DNA of 64,000 nucleotides from Puniceicoccaceae bacterium (GTDB lineage: Bacteria; Verrucomicrobiota; Verrucomicrobiia; Opitutales; Oceanipulchritudinaceae), in NCBI GenBank assembly GCA_040830765.1, contig JBFOMH010000017.1, positions 160,001-224,000 of the forward strand, read 5' to 3'. The position numbers and the translations under genes are program-made. The notes beneath the pieces were generated by a model. It searched no databases. It saw nothing but the letters and a program-made list of their open reading frames with translations, and was not told where the DNA came from. This document shows positions 35,722 through 47,949 of this stretch, one piece after another (the first letter of the stretch is position 1; each line of letters starts with the position of its first letter).

Positions 35722-36906
35722 CTACAAGAGAAAAGAGCCAGCCCCGCCGCAGAGCAGCACCAGCAGCCACGGTGGTGTCGGGGTGAAGCGAAGGAGTCCA
35801 AACGCAACCAGGGCAAAGGCGAGGCGGGTGGAGTCGGTCACCGAGCTGGTCCAGATGGGATCATGGAACGCTGCCACGAGCAGGCCCACTACCGCGGCGT
35901 TGGTTCCCATCAGGGCAGCACGGGCACTGGCGAACGTCCGCAGCCGTTCCCAGTAGGGCAGCGCCCCAAGGACCAGCAGCCAGGAGGGAACGTAAATCAT
36001 TACCAATGCCAGCAGAGCGCCGATGATTCCACCCGGGCCGATGGAAAGGGATCCGCCAAGGAAGGCCGAGAAGGTGAAGAGGGGCCCGGGAACGGCCTGC
36101 ACGGCCCCGTATCCGGCGAGAAAGGTGTCTTCGGTAACCCAGCCAGGGTTCACCGTGTAAGCATCCAGCAGTGGCAATACAACATGCCCTCCACCGAAGA
36201 CCAGTGAACCGGCCCGGTAAAAGGCATCGCTGACGGCCAGCCACGCCGCGGGGTGAAATTCCCTGAGAACCGGCAATCCCAGCAATAAGACCGCAAAGGC
36301 AGCGAGGTACAACCACGCCTTGCCAGTAGCTGTTTCATGGGGCGGGTTGTCCGATTGTTGAGCATCCTCCCGCAGGAGGACAAGACCGGCCAGTGCCCCG
36401 GCCCCTATGACCGCGACTTGCCAGAGGGGATGGTCCACCACAACCAGCCAGGCCGCCCCGGCAAGCGCCATCAGCGCCCGTTTCCGGTCCGGGCAAAGCT
36501 TGGTTGCCATATTCCAGATCGCATTGGCCACCACAGCCACAGCCGCCAGCTTGAGGCCGCTGATCCAGCCGGCATTGCCGATATCACCCAAGGCGGCCAG
36601 GCCAAGGGCGAAGCCTATCATCAAAACAGCCGAGGGAAGGGTGAATCCGGTCCAGGCAAGAAAGGCCCCGGCCAATCCGCCCCGCTTCAAGCCAATGGCA
36701 AAACCCACCTGGCTGCTGGCCGGGCCGGGCAGGAACTGGCACAGGGCGACGAGGTCCGCATATTCTGCCTCCTGCAGCCACTTGCGCCTCCGGACGAATT
36801 CCTCCTGGAAGAAGCCCAGGTGTGCCACCGGACCACCAAAGGCCGTGCAGCCCAGCTTAAGGAAGCTGAGAAAGATGGTGCCTCGCGATGACCGTTGCTC
36901 CGGCAT
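35722..36906 (-). CDS. chrA: Chromate efflux transporter (CHR family, long chain)
   Basis: FLKLGCTAFGGPVAHLG, LCQFLPGPASSQ, GSLVFGGGHVVLPLL and QAVPGPLFTF. Confidence 0.92.
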   Translation of the reverse strand: MPEQRSSRGTIFLSFLKLGCTAFGGPVAHLGFFQEEFVRRRKWLQEAEYADLVALCQFLPGPASSQVGFAIGLKRGGLAGAFLAWTGFTLPSAVLMIGFALGLAALGDIGNAGWISGLKLAAVAVVANAIWNMATKLCPDRKRALMALAGAAWLVVVDHPLWQVAVIGAGALAGLVLLREDAQQSDNPPHETATGKAWLYLAAFAVLLLGLPVLREFHPAAWLAVSDAFYRAGSLVFGGGHVVLPLLDAYTVNPGWVTEDTFLAGYGAVQAVPGPLFTFSAFLGGSLSIGPGGIIGALLALVMIYVPSWLLVLGALPYWERLRTFASARAALMGTNAAVVGLLVAAFHDPIWTSSVTDSTRLAFALVAFGLLRFTPTPPWLLVLLCGGAGSFLL

Positions 36907-36915
36907 GGACTGACT

Positions 36916-38346
36916 CTATTCCTTGGTCGTTTCCCGTCCGAGCCCGGTCACCGCCGCAGCGAACATGACGACGACCAGGAACCAGCCATGGAAGACAAAC
37001 ATCCACACATCGGTCGGATTGACCACGGGCAACTTGGGATAATTTTCCGTCAGGGTGGTCAGGGTGACATAGCCGATGAGCACCCCGCCTCCCCAGGGGA
37101 AGATGTAACCCAGCGCGGAGGTGATGGCATCAAGCAGGTTGGCCCGGCGGTAGGGATGGATTTTCAGCTTCTTGCCGATCTCACTGACCATGGGCGCCGC
37201 GGCAATTTCCGCGGCCGTGTTCACGGTGATAAAGACATTCAGGGTGGCCACGAAGCTGCAGATGACCAGCTCCGCCCGGCGGACCGAATCCTTGATGAAG
37301 CTGAAGGCGATTTCCTGGATTTTCCCGAAGGCCCCACCGACCATCATGATGTGACTGGCGGAGAGGATCAGCAGGGTCAGGACCGCCATGTCCACGTAAC
37401 CGCCAATGCCCTCGGTCAGGGCTCCATCCAAGGTTCCCGCGGCAGCATTGATATGAACAATGTCCTGCAGGGTTCCAAGGCCGGTCAGGAGGATGACCGC
37501 GACGGCGACCACCAGGCCCACTGTAATGGAGACAATGATGTGATGGTGCCGCATGGCCAGGAAGATGACCAATGCGAAGGGGACGAGGAGGACCAAGCCG
37601 GTCGGGGAAACGTTGTCGGCCAGCGACTGGTTGGCCAGTTTGATTTCCTCGGTTGCCCCGCCGAGAAAGACGAATAGCAGCAGGGCGGGAATGGCTGCTG
37701 TGATGGCATACTTGAAACGGGATCGGACAACACCCGGGATATCCGTCTCCTGGGTCGTGGCGGAGACGATGGTGGTGTCGGAGACCGGGGCGAGATTATC
37801 CCCGAAGGCGGCCCCCGAGAGGATGGCCCCGAACATGAAGACAGGCTCCGCCCCGAGGACGATGCCTGCCGGATACATCAGTGTACAGAAGGCGACAGTG
37901 GTCCCATAGCCGGTGCCGACGGCTGATGAAAAGAGGGCGGCGAGAAGAAAGGTGACCCCGACATAGAGTCCTCCCTGGACGTTGGATGCCATACCCAGCC
38001 AGACAAGCCCATCGACCAGTCCGCCGGCCCGTAATACCTGGGCAAACATGCCCGCCCACAGCCAGGCAACGATGGTCACGCTACCGATGCGGTTGGCCAT
38101 GCCGGTAAAGATGGCTTCGCAGTAGTCCCAGCGACTGCCCTTGACCAGGGCCATGGCCAGTCCGAGACCGATGATGATCCCCAGAGCTAATCCTCTCACG
38201 TCCGGCGCACCGCGCAGGCAGATGGTGATCGCCCAGATGATGAAGAAGACCATGGGGAGGGCAGATATCGCCACTCCTCCGCGAAATACGAGGGGTTTGT
38301 TTCCGTCCATGGTCGGGAGATTGGCAATTCTGTCCTTCGTTGGCAA
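36916..38346 (-). CDS. NhaC-family Na+/H+ antiporter or amino-acid/organic-acid transporter
   Basis: Multi-TM protein with SSAVGTGYGT, GAILSGAAFGDNLAPVSDTTIVSA and RRANLLDA. Start is TTG 38346 or ATG 38310. Confidence 0.8.
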   Translation of the reverse strand: MPTKDRIANLPTMDGNKPLVFRGGVAISALPMVFFIIWAITICLRGAPDVRGLALGIIIGLGLAMALVKGSRWDYCEAIFTGMANRIGSVTIVAWLWAGMFAQVLRAGGLVDGLVWLGMASNVQGGLYVGVTFLLAALFSSAVGTGYGTTVAFCTLMYPAGIVLGAEPVFMFGAILSGAAFGDNLAPVSDTTIVSATTQETDIPGVVRSRFKYAITAAIPALLLFVFLGGATEEIKLANQSLADNVSPTGLVLLVPFALVIFLAMRHHHIIVSITVGLVVAVAVILLTGLGTLQDIVHINAAAGTLDGALTEGIGGYVDMAVLTLLILSASHIMMVGGAFGKIQEIAFSFIKDSVRRAELVICSFVATLNVFITVNTAAEIAAAPMVSEIGKKLKIHPYRRANLLDAITSALGYIFPWGGGVLIGYVTLTTLTENYPKLPVVNPTDVWMFVFHGWFLVVVMFAAAVTGLGRETTKE

Positions 38347-38438
38347 TCCGTTCCCTCTGCCTAAGGGTTAAAGGACAGTCAGCTCGTTTCCGTCTGGCAC
38401 CTTTCCCGCCTTGTAGTCCATTTCGACCGACTCCGGTG

Positions 38439-38495
38439 TTGACATGCAAATTTCATATGCATAAAAATATATTTCATTATTTCATATGAAATAAT
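38439..38495 (+). promoter_or_regulatory. Probable TBDR promoter (-35 TTGACA) with a perfect 20-bp palindromic operator
   Basis: TTGACA at 38439-38444 (the -10 is weak, TAAAAA/AAAAAT). ATTATTTCATATGAAATAAT at 38476-38495 is a perfect palindrome, with an imperfect second copy near 38448-38465. Confidence 0.6.
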
Positions 38496-38580
38496 ATACA
38501 ATTTCCCCCTTGCTTAGGCGCTTCACCCAAACCAAGGGAAACCCATCCGATATAACCCATAAATACCCTAAACCCATCCG

Positions 38581-41500
38581 ATGCCTAAGATTAGCGGCAT
38601 TCTCACCATTTTTACCGCAATCCTGCCTTTCGCCCTTCCCCTGGCAGCCCAGGTGCCTGAAACAGGCACTATTGAAGGTCGTGTTTTCAATGAAATAACG
38701 AGGCGTTATGTCGTCAAGGCAGAGATCATGGTCGAAGGTACCCCGATCCGGGCCTTCAGTAATGAGTTCGGCGAATTTTCCCTGCGCAATGTGCCGGTTG
38801 GCCAGCAGGCGGTTACGGCATCCTTCACCGGGTTGGTTTCAAAGACAGTCCGGGTACAGGTCCAATCCGGTGAACCGGCTACTGCGAATTTCCGCTTTGA
38901 TCAACGAGTTGGCAGTGCGGAGACCATCTTTGAACTGGAGGAATTTGTCGTCAATGCGGACAACTTCCAGAGCATGGAGGAACTGGCCATCCATCAGGAG
39001 CGGCATTCGGTCAACTTGAAGCACGTTGTCTCGACGGAGGCTTACGGCATTGTCAGCCAGGGAAACATCGGGGAATTCGTAAAGTACATGCCCGGGGTGA
39101 CCATTGGTTATGGAGGCAGCAATGTGGCAGGAGGAACGTATGCTTCCGGTGCCGATGCCAATACCATCCAGATACGTGGTTTCAGCGCGCGCGAAACAAC
39201 GATCACCATTGACGGGATGCCGATTGCCAATGCCGCTCCCGGCACCCTCGATCCGGCCGTCGGGCTGGACATGATGTCGATCAACAATGCCGCACGGGTC
39301 GAGGTCATCAAGGTCCCGTCGCCGGACCAGCCAAACGCGGGAGTTGGAGGCACCGTCAACCTGATCAGCATGTCCGCCTTCGAGTATCCGAAACCGACCC
39401 TGCGGTTTCGCGTCTACCTGAGCATGAACTCGGAACAACTGGACATCTTTTCCAAAACCCCGGGGCCGATGAACAAGCCGACCTACAAGGCCCTGCCGAG
39501 TTTTAACATGACCTACGCGCATCCCTTTTCCGATCGCTTGGGCATATCGGTGACGCTGGCCTCTGACAATCAGGCCAACGCCAACTACACCCTGAAATCG
39601 AGAGTGCGCCGTCGCCCGGAGGATGGCAGGCCAACCCGGCGAACGGAATCGTCCGGATTCAAGATGGGTGGTGAGGACTTCAGCTACTGGCTGGTCAACG
39701 ATCCGCACTTTGAATCGTGGCAGGCAACCTACGGTGAGGACTGGACTCAATGGACCGAGGAGCAGTTTCTCGAAATGTACAGCTCTTCCGGGGCCAGCAG
39801 TTCGTTGGTAGAGACGCGCATGCGGCAGGTCAAACGGCTGCCACGCTATGACCAGCAGGGCAATCTCGTCGGTGCCTGGGCCCCATCGGACAAGGAGGCT
39901 TTTGAAGAGGAGCTTCCGTTATACTATGACGAGGAAGGTAATCTCGTTGGCCGTGTATTCAACGATTGGGGACATCCCTACGTGAACCGTGTCCAGGTCA
40001 CTGATTCGCCGCGTATTGCGCACCGGAACTCGGCGGCCTTCAAGGTGGACTGGCGGCCCATCGACGGATTCCTCCTTTCGGCCAATTACCAGATCTCGAC
40101 TTTCAATGATGAGGATGCCAATCGCCGGGTGCACCAGATTTCCGGGACGCCGGCGGAATACGGACCAAACTACCTTCTGAGCAATGACGGCGGTGTTCGT
40201 CTCGATACGGACGCCTTCGAGCGGGAAGGCATTACCCACAGCGCTTACATCAAAGCCAGTTATATCAAGGGACCTTGGGACATCCGCGGAAATCTCGGTT
40301 TTTCAACATCCAACAGTGACCTCCTTTCGGAAGAAAACGGCCATTTTTCAGTGATTGAAGTGAACATGGGAGGAATCGATTTCACTGAGTTTCTCGATAT
40401 CGACAAGGATGGCGTTCCGGGCAGTATCAATTACTATCGCAACCTGACAGACGGGGACGGAAACGTAACCGGCCGGGAGTTGATCGACATTGGCAATCTC
40501 TCCAACTACAGAATTGCCAACTTCGATCCGGACAATCCCAATGCGGGTACCCTGAAGGTCCGGTCCGGAGGGATTCGTTCCGAAAGCACGGTCAAGAGTG
40601 CCAAGCTGGATGTTCGGAGAGACCTCGACTTTATCCCGCGAAGCCTGATGCACCTTGCCATCAAGGTAGGGTTCGATTGGGAAGAACGGGAGAATATCAA
40701 GTCGGGTCGTGGAGTGAACTACGAGTACGTCTACCTCGGTGAGGAGGGCAAAGTTCTTTCACTCGCTGACTTTCGTGACGAGAAGTACCTCGGGGTGCAA
40801 CCCGGCTTCGGGCTCGACCCGCTTGAGTGGCCGGATCCTTTTGCCCTCTACCGGTATGCCCAGGAGTACCCGGGAGCCTTCAGTGATACCGACGACACAG
40901 TCCCGACCGGTTCTGGAGAGATGTCGGTGGCCGGGCACAACTACCTGGAACAAGTCAACACCTCCAAGTCCCTCACGGAGACCAAGTATGCCTACTATGG
41001 GCAATTGGAAGCAGACTTTTTCAACAACCGCTTGTCCATCGTTGGCGGCTTTCGCATGGGCTATGCCGAACGAAAGGGCTATGACCGTGGACAGGATAAT
41101 TTCTGGAACTACCTCCATTTCGACTATGACGAAAACGGTGATGGCATCCGGGACGTCTTCAAGGATTACGGGGACATTGAGATCGATCCCACCTATAACA
41201 CCGATATCATCGGGGAGTTCGATGTAACGGGCCCGCTCATTCTCCTGAGCGCATTGCGCACCCAGCGCGTCAATTCCTTTGACCAGCTGACGCCGGAATC
41301 CCAGCAGCGAATCCTGACCTGGTATGGCTATTATGAACAGGCGGGAGCCGTCTATGCGGACGGAGCCCCATTTATCGCCTCGGAGTTCGATCCCATCAAG
41401 AAGGGCTCCCTGAGGGCCACTCAATTCCAGTACCTCAAGGACTTCCCCATCAACCAGAAAGCCCAGGGTAAGCCGCAACCCATCATCAGCGCGGCCTATG

Positions 41501-42498
41501 ACATTACCGACAACCTCGTGGCCCGGGTATCCTGGTCAACCACGTATTCAAATCCTCCCTACGAATCGAGTGAGGGCGCTGGGGGAACATTGCGACGGGT
41601 ACAATTTATCGAGAATCCCGATGGCAGCGGAAGTATGTTTGTCACCAATCCCGAGTTGGAAATCTCCAAGACGGTAGGTTGGGACGTCGGACTCAGTTAT
41701 TACACCGATAGTGGCGGCAAGTATTCCATCACACTTTATCATCGCGAGGAGGAAGGAAGGCCCATTGACGTCTCCTACTCGCAAAGCGGCTCACTCGATG
41801 CCTGGGACTTCGTCATGGATTCCCTTGGGTACGGCCCCGGCAGTTATTTCTACGACAACGACTGGTCCGTCCGCACGTCGATCAATGCTGACGGAACGTT
41901 CATTGACTACGGATATGAGCTTGAAGGGCGGCAGGATCTCAGGAGCCTCGGTAACTGGGGGAAGTATGTCTACGTCTATGGAACTTTCTTCCAGCAGTTC
42001 CAAAAGGCCGGAAGCGTTCCCGAGGACGAGGAAGGCGATTTCAATATCTCCCTCAGCAATGAAAAGCGCATCAATGCCGCGGGCGGGATCAATATTGCCT
42101 ACAAGCGGCTGGAATTCAGGGTGAATGCCACCTGGCGCAATGAGCGGACACAGGATGGCGATGATGCCCTGATTAATGCCATCTTCTGGGATGATGCCAC
42201 CGTCGGGAATCCGGGATGGTACACCCCGAGTCCTGATGATGACGAGGTGGACGCCTATGAGAAGCGGATGCGACTGGTCCGGCCGGCGAGCCTGCAGGTG
42301 GACCTCTCCGCCAAGTTCCGCCTGACCAAGCACCTGACCCTTGATTTCTCGGCACGGAATATCACCCAGGATTATCCGGAGCCAATCTACGTCCGTGAAG
42401 ACGGGACGAAACTGCCATTCCTGGGTCATCTCCATGACGGAACGGAAAAGTCCCTCTACGGCATCAATTTCACGCTGGGCATCAGCGGTGTTTATTGA
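38581..42498 (+). CDS. TonB-dependent receptor with N-terminal carboxypeptidase-regulatory-like domain
   Basis: Signal peptide, TGTIEGRV..NEFGEFSLRNVP, FELEEFVV, plug motifs NIGEFVKYMPGV, IQIRG, ITIDG and RVEVIK...GVGGTVNL, and a C-terminal FTLGISGVY. Confidence 0.9.
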   Translation: MPKISGILTIFTAILPFALPLAAQVPETGTIEGRVFNEITRRYVVKAEIMVEGTPIRAFSNEFGEFSLRNVPVGQQAVTASFTGLVSKTVRVQVQSGEPATANFRFDQRVGSAETIFELEEFVVNADNFQSMEELAIHQERHSVNLKHVVSTEAYGIVSQGNIGEFVKYMPGVTIGYGGSNVAGGTYASGADANTIQIRGFSARETTITIDGMPIANAAPGTLDPAVGLDMMSINNAARVEVIKVPSPDQPNAGVGGTVNLISMSAFEYPKPTLRFRVYLSMNSEQLDIFSKTPGPMNKPTYKALPSFNMTYAHPFSDRLGISVTLASDNQANANYTLKSRVRRRPEDGRPTRRTESSGFKMGGEDFSYWLVNDPHFESWQATYGEDWTQWTEEQFLEMYSSSGASSSLVETRMRQVKRLPRYDQQGNLVGAWAPSDKEAFEEELPLYYDEEGNLVGRVFNDWGHPYVNRVQVTDSPRIAHRNSAAFKVDWRPIDGFLLSANYQISTFNDEDANRRVHQISGTPAEYGPNYLLSNDGGVRLDTDAFEREGITHSAYIKASYIKGPWDIRGNLGFSTSNSDLLSEENGHFSVIEVNMGGIDFTEFLDIDKDGVPGSINYYRNLTDGDGNVTGRELIDIGNLSNYRIANFDPDNPNAGTLKVRSGGIRSESTVKSAKLDVRRDLDFIPRSLMHLAIKVGFDWEERENIKSGRGVNYEYVYLGEEGKVLSLADFRDEKYLGVQPGFGLDPLEWPDPFALYRYAQEYPGAFSDTDDTVPTGSGEMSVAGHNYLEQVNTSKSLTETKYAYYGQLEADFFNNRLSIVGGFRMGYAERKGYDRGQDNFWNYLHFDYDENGDGIRDVFKDYGDIEIDPTYNTDIIGEFDVTGPLILLSALRTQRVNSFDQLTPESQQRILTWYGYYEQAGAVYADGAPFIASEFDPIKKGSLRATQFQYLKDFPINQKAQGKPQPIISAAYDITDNLVARVSWSTTYSNPPYESSEGAGGTLRRVQFIENPDGSGSMFVTNPELEISKTVGWDVGLSYYTDSGGKYSITLYHREEEGRPIDVSYSQSGSLDAWDFVMDSLGYGPGSYFYDNDWSVRTSINADGTFIDYGYELEGRQDLRSLGNWGKYVYVYGTFFQQFQKAGSVPEDEEGDFNISLSNEKRINAAGGINIAYKRLEFRVNATWRNERTQDGDDALINAIFWDDATVGNPGWYTPSPDDDEVDAYEKRMRLVRPASLQVDLSAKFRLTKHLTLDFSARNITQDYPEPIYVREDGTKLPFLGHLHDGTEKSLYGINFTLGISGVY

Positions 42499-42541
42499 AT
42501 GTAACCAAAATTAACTACTCGAATGTAATAAAGGAAACCCA

Positions 42542-44818
42542 ATGAAGAACAAATCCACAATCGCCAATATCCTCAGGACAGTCGCTGTGCCCGTCCTGTT
42601 GATGCTTGCCACGGTGGCCTCTGTCGAGGCAGATACCCTGACCTATGAAGGCTTTGACATTACCCCGGGAGAGCTTGACAACACCATCGGGGAAACCAGC
42701 TGGGGCTGGGGAAAGATTATCGGCATTTACGACAAGACCTGGTGGGCATGGGACCAGGTTAATAATGATTTCTTCCACGCCATCAGCGATGGTGGTCTGG
42801 AGTATCCCGGCCTGCCTTCCAAGGGGAACGCTTTCGAGTTCACCCTCGAGACCCCGAATGCCGACTACAACAAGGTCTACCGGGAATTGAACAAGTTTTA
42901 TTCCTACGCCTCGACCGGGCAACTCTGGTTCAGTGCCATCGTCAAACCGAAGATTGACGGGGACCCGACCGGGTACGGTTGGTTTCAGGTCTGTCTTTCC
43001 AGCTTCCACAATGCGGTATACTTCGGCGTCTCCAATTCCGATGACCAGACGGTATGGTCCGGCGGTGGCGAACGCATGTACATCCGCACGGATGAGAATC
43101 CTGACGGAATCCAGGGTGCGAAATGGGCCTACAGCGAAGTCCCGATCGAGGATGGTGTGGAAGCCTTCCTGGTCATGCACCTCGATTTCGACAACAAACT
43201 GGCTCACTTCTACGTCAATCCTCCAGTGGATACTGAGGACCCCGGAGAGCCGGTGGCCGACTTTGTCATGCTAACGGACCTGTACGTCGATAAGGTGATG
43301 ATGTGGATCAACAACAATGGGCCCTCCATTGAAGGTCCCGGGGCGGACTACATCGGTACGCAGGTGGACGAAATCCGCCTGGGTGATACCTATGCCTCCG
43401 TGGCCGCTGGTGCCGACCTGACCGATCCCGGAGGAGGCGAAGTGGATGTTGACCCGCCCGTGATCACCGGACCTACCGGTGAACCGGGAGCGGCTACGTC
43501 CTCGGTTTCGATCCCGGAGAATGTCGTCAAGGCAGCCACCATGGAAGCTGATGAGACCGTTACCTGGTCCATTTCCGGTGGGGCGGATGCCGACTTCTTT
43601 ACCATTGGTTCCGGAACTGGTGGACTCAGCTTCAAGGTATTTGCCGACTTTGAAACCCCGCTCGATGCAGATGGCAACAACGAGTATGTCGTCACCGTCC
43701 AGGCGATGGATGAAGCCGGGAACACTTCCACCCAGGATGTCCTCGTCAGTGTCACCGACATTGTCGATGAAATTCCACCAGTTGTCACGGGCCTTTCCGG
43801 TGCTCCGGGGGATCCGGAGACATCCGCCAGCGTCAATGAGAACACAGTCCTCGTCGGGACTTATACTGCTGACAAGACCGTGACCTGGGATCTCTCGGGT
43901 GGCATGGACAGGTCATTTTTCCAGATCGGGGCGGAAACAGGCGAATTGAGCTTCCTGGCAGCGCCTGACTTCGAGGATCCGGTCGACGACGGAGCAGACA
44001 ACATCTATGAAGTCGAGGTCCGGGCCCGGGATGAATCGCTAAACGCCGGTATCCAGCTGGTCTTCGTTACGGTTCTGGACGTCAATGAAGACGGGGATTT
44101 GACTCCGCCTGTCATTACCGGTTTCTCGGGCAGTGCAGGGGATGCGGCATCCTCCGCCAGCATCGATGAGAATACTACGGATGTCGGATCCCTGACCGCT
44201 GACGAGGAGGTGACCTGGCTCATTTCCGGTGGCGCCGACAGTGCTGCCTTCGAGCTCGATATCAGCTCGGGTGCACTTGCATTCCTATCCGCCCCCGACT
44301 TTGAAGAACCCGGGGATGCGGACATGAACAATGATTATGTGGTCGAAGTCGAGGCCACCGATACCTCCGGAAATGCCTCAACCCATACCGTCACCGTGAC
44401 GGTCCTTGATGTTGAGGAAATCGTCACTTGGGGATTCTGGACACCAGACGACCTTGGCTGGATCGACACCAATGCCGATGGAGGGCTCTTCATGGGCTGG
44501 GTCAATGTCCACCAGCAGCCATGGGTCTGGGTCATCGCAATGAACAAGTACATCTACATGCCCGACGGTTTCATCTCGGATTCCGGTTCATGGAGCTACA
44601 CACCGGCCACACTGGACAATCCGGTTCCGGGCGAGTGGGGCTACTGGTCCAAGGCGGAACTGGATTGGGTCGACACCACCGATGGCTTCCTTGGCTGGGT
44701 CAATGTTTTCGACGATCCTTGGATTTTCAGCCAGTCCATGGGCAATTACCTGTATCTCTCACAGGACGCCCTGACCTCGTCGGGTGCCTGGCTCTATGTC
44801 CTGTTGAATAAGCCGTAA
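42542..44818 (+). CDS. Secreted protein: lectin-like N-domain, 3 cadherin-like repeats and 2 C-terminal Trp-rich modules
   Basis: Signal peptide ...SVEA|D. Cadherin-like units PPVITG..EN..VTW.ISGG.D..FF.I...G.LSF...DFE.P.D...N.Y.V.V.A.D start at ~43454, 43775 and 44105. Confidence 0.82.
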   Translation: MKNKSTIANILRTVAVPVLLMLATVASVEADTLTYEGFDITPGELDNTIGETSWGWGKIIGIYDKTWWAWDQVNNDFFHAISDGGLEYPGLPSKGNAFEFTLETPNADYNKVYRELNKFYSYASTGQLWFSAIVKPKIDGDPTGYGWFQVCLSSFHNAVYFGVSNSDDQTVWSGGGERMYIRTDENPDGIQGAKWAYSEVPIEDGVEAFLVMHLDFDNKLAHFYVNPPVDTEDPGEPVADFVMLTDLYVDKVMMWINNNGPSIEGPGADYIGTQVDEIRLGDTYASVAAGADLTDPGGGEVDVDPPVITGPTGEPGAATSSVSIPENVVKAATMEADETVTWSISGGADADFFTIGSGTGGLSFKVFADFETPLDADGNNEYVVTVQAMDEAGNTSTQDVLVSVTDIVDEIPPVVTGLSGAPGDPETSASVNENTVLVGTYTADKTVTWDLSGGMDRSFFQIGAETGELSFLAAPDFEDPVDDGADNIYEVEVRARDESLNAGIQLVFVTVLDVNEDGDLTPPVITGFSGSAGDAASSASIDENTTDVGSLTADEEVTWLISGGADSAAFELDISSGALAFLSAPDFEEPGDADMNNDYVVEVEATDTSGNASTHTVTVTVLDVEEIVTWGFWTPDDLGWIDTNADGGLFMGWVNVHQQPWVWVIAMNKYIYMPDGFISDSGSWSYTPATLDNPVPGEWGYWSKAELDWVDTTDGFLGWVNVFDDPWIFSQSMGNYLYLSQDALTSSGAWLYVLLNKP

Positions 44819-44853
44819 GCTTCATTGTTCGGCTTGCCCTATCGCTTGTCATC

Positions 44854-47177
<2,324 letters not shown>

Positions 47178-47199
47178 GCAATCGGATAGCCTGTCTTTT

Positions 47200-47946
47200 A
47201 TGAAACGGAATGTCGCGTCCCTGCGGCAGGGCCTGTTGGCGCTAGCCACAACCTGCCTCCTCCTCACTTTTCCCGGTTGCGAGACAACGTCGGAACCAGA
47301 GCCGGAACCGGTTGTCCCGATGTTTGTCGGGCAGTTTCTCAGTTATGAGGAAAGCGGGTTCATGGATGCCCGGACTGGATGGATCTATCCCCAGTCGTTA
47401 CCAGGGGGTCTCTACGCTACCCAGGCCTGGGAATTCGACCGCATGGTTGTTGGTATCGAGTATTCCCATACCGATGGCGTGCCGGAAATATCCAATGTCC
47501 CGCTGCCTGTTCCGGAATCCGCTGTCGAGGGTGGAACCGTCACCATCATGGCGTACCCGGCCGGCTTCCAGTACGGCGATCTGTCCGGAACCCCCGACCT
47601 TGGTCCGGTACCCTATTTCATGGGGCTTGGTCATGGCCATCTCAATTCAATGGACGAATTCTGGGCCTACCATGGTGTCCTTGAAAAGGCCGGTTACAAC
47701 CTCTGGAAGCTGGTCAAGTTAGCGGATGCTGACGCCCCGGGCCGCATCTTTCATTCCTTTCTCGTCTTGCAAAAACTTTCTGAAGAGAAAAGTGAGGGAT
47801 TTGTCGTTACGGTCGGACTGGTCGACGATGTCTACGTCCTCATCGTCAATCGCCGCTATGTTCGCACCAAGGAGGATGTCGACACGTTCGGCGACTGGGC
47901 CTACGATGTCCTGAAGGACATGGGGTTGGTGGCGATAAGCAGTTGA
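47200..47946 (+). CDS. Hypothetical lipoprotein
   Basis: ATG at 47200 gives MKRNVASLRQGLLALATTCLLLTFPG|C (lipobox-like), followed by a PEPEP linker. Confidence 0.6.
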   Translation: MKRNVASLRQGLLALATTCLLLTFPGCETTSEPEPEPVVPMFVGQFLSYEESGFMDARTGWIYPQSLPGGLYATQAWEFDRMVVGIEYSHTDGVPEISNVPLPVPESAVEGGTVTIMAYPAGFQYGDLSGTPDLGPVPYFMGLGHGHLNSMDEFWAYHGVLEKAGYNLWKLVKLADADAPGRIFHSFLVLQKLSEEKSEGFVVTVGLVDDVYVLIVNRRYVRTKEDVDTFGDWAYDVLKDMGLVAISS

Positions 47947-47949
47947 GTC

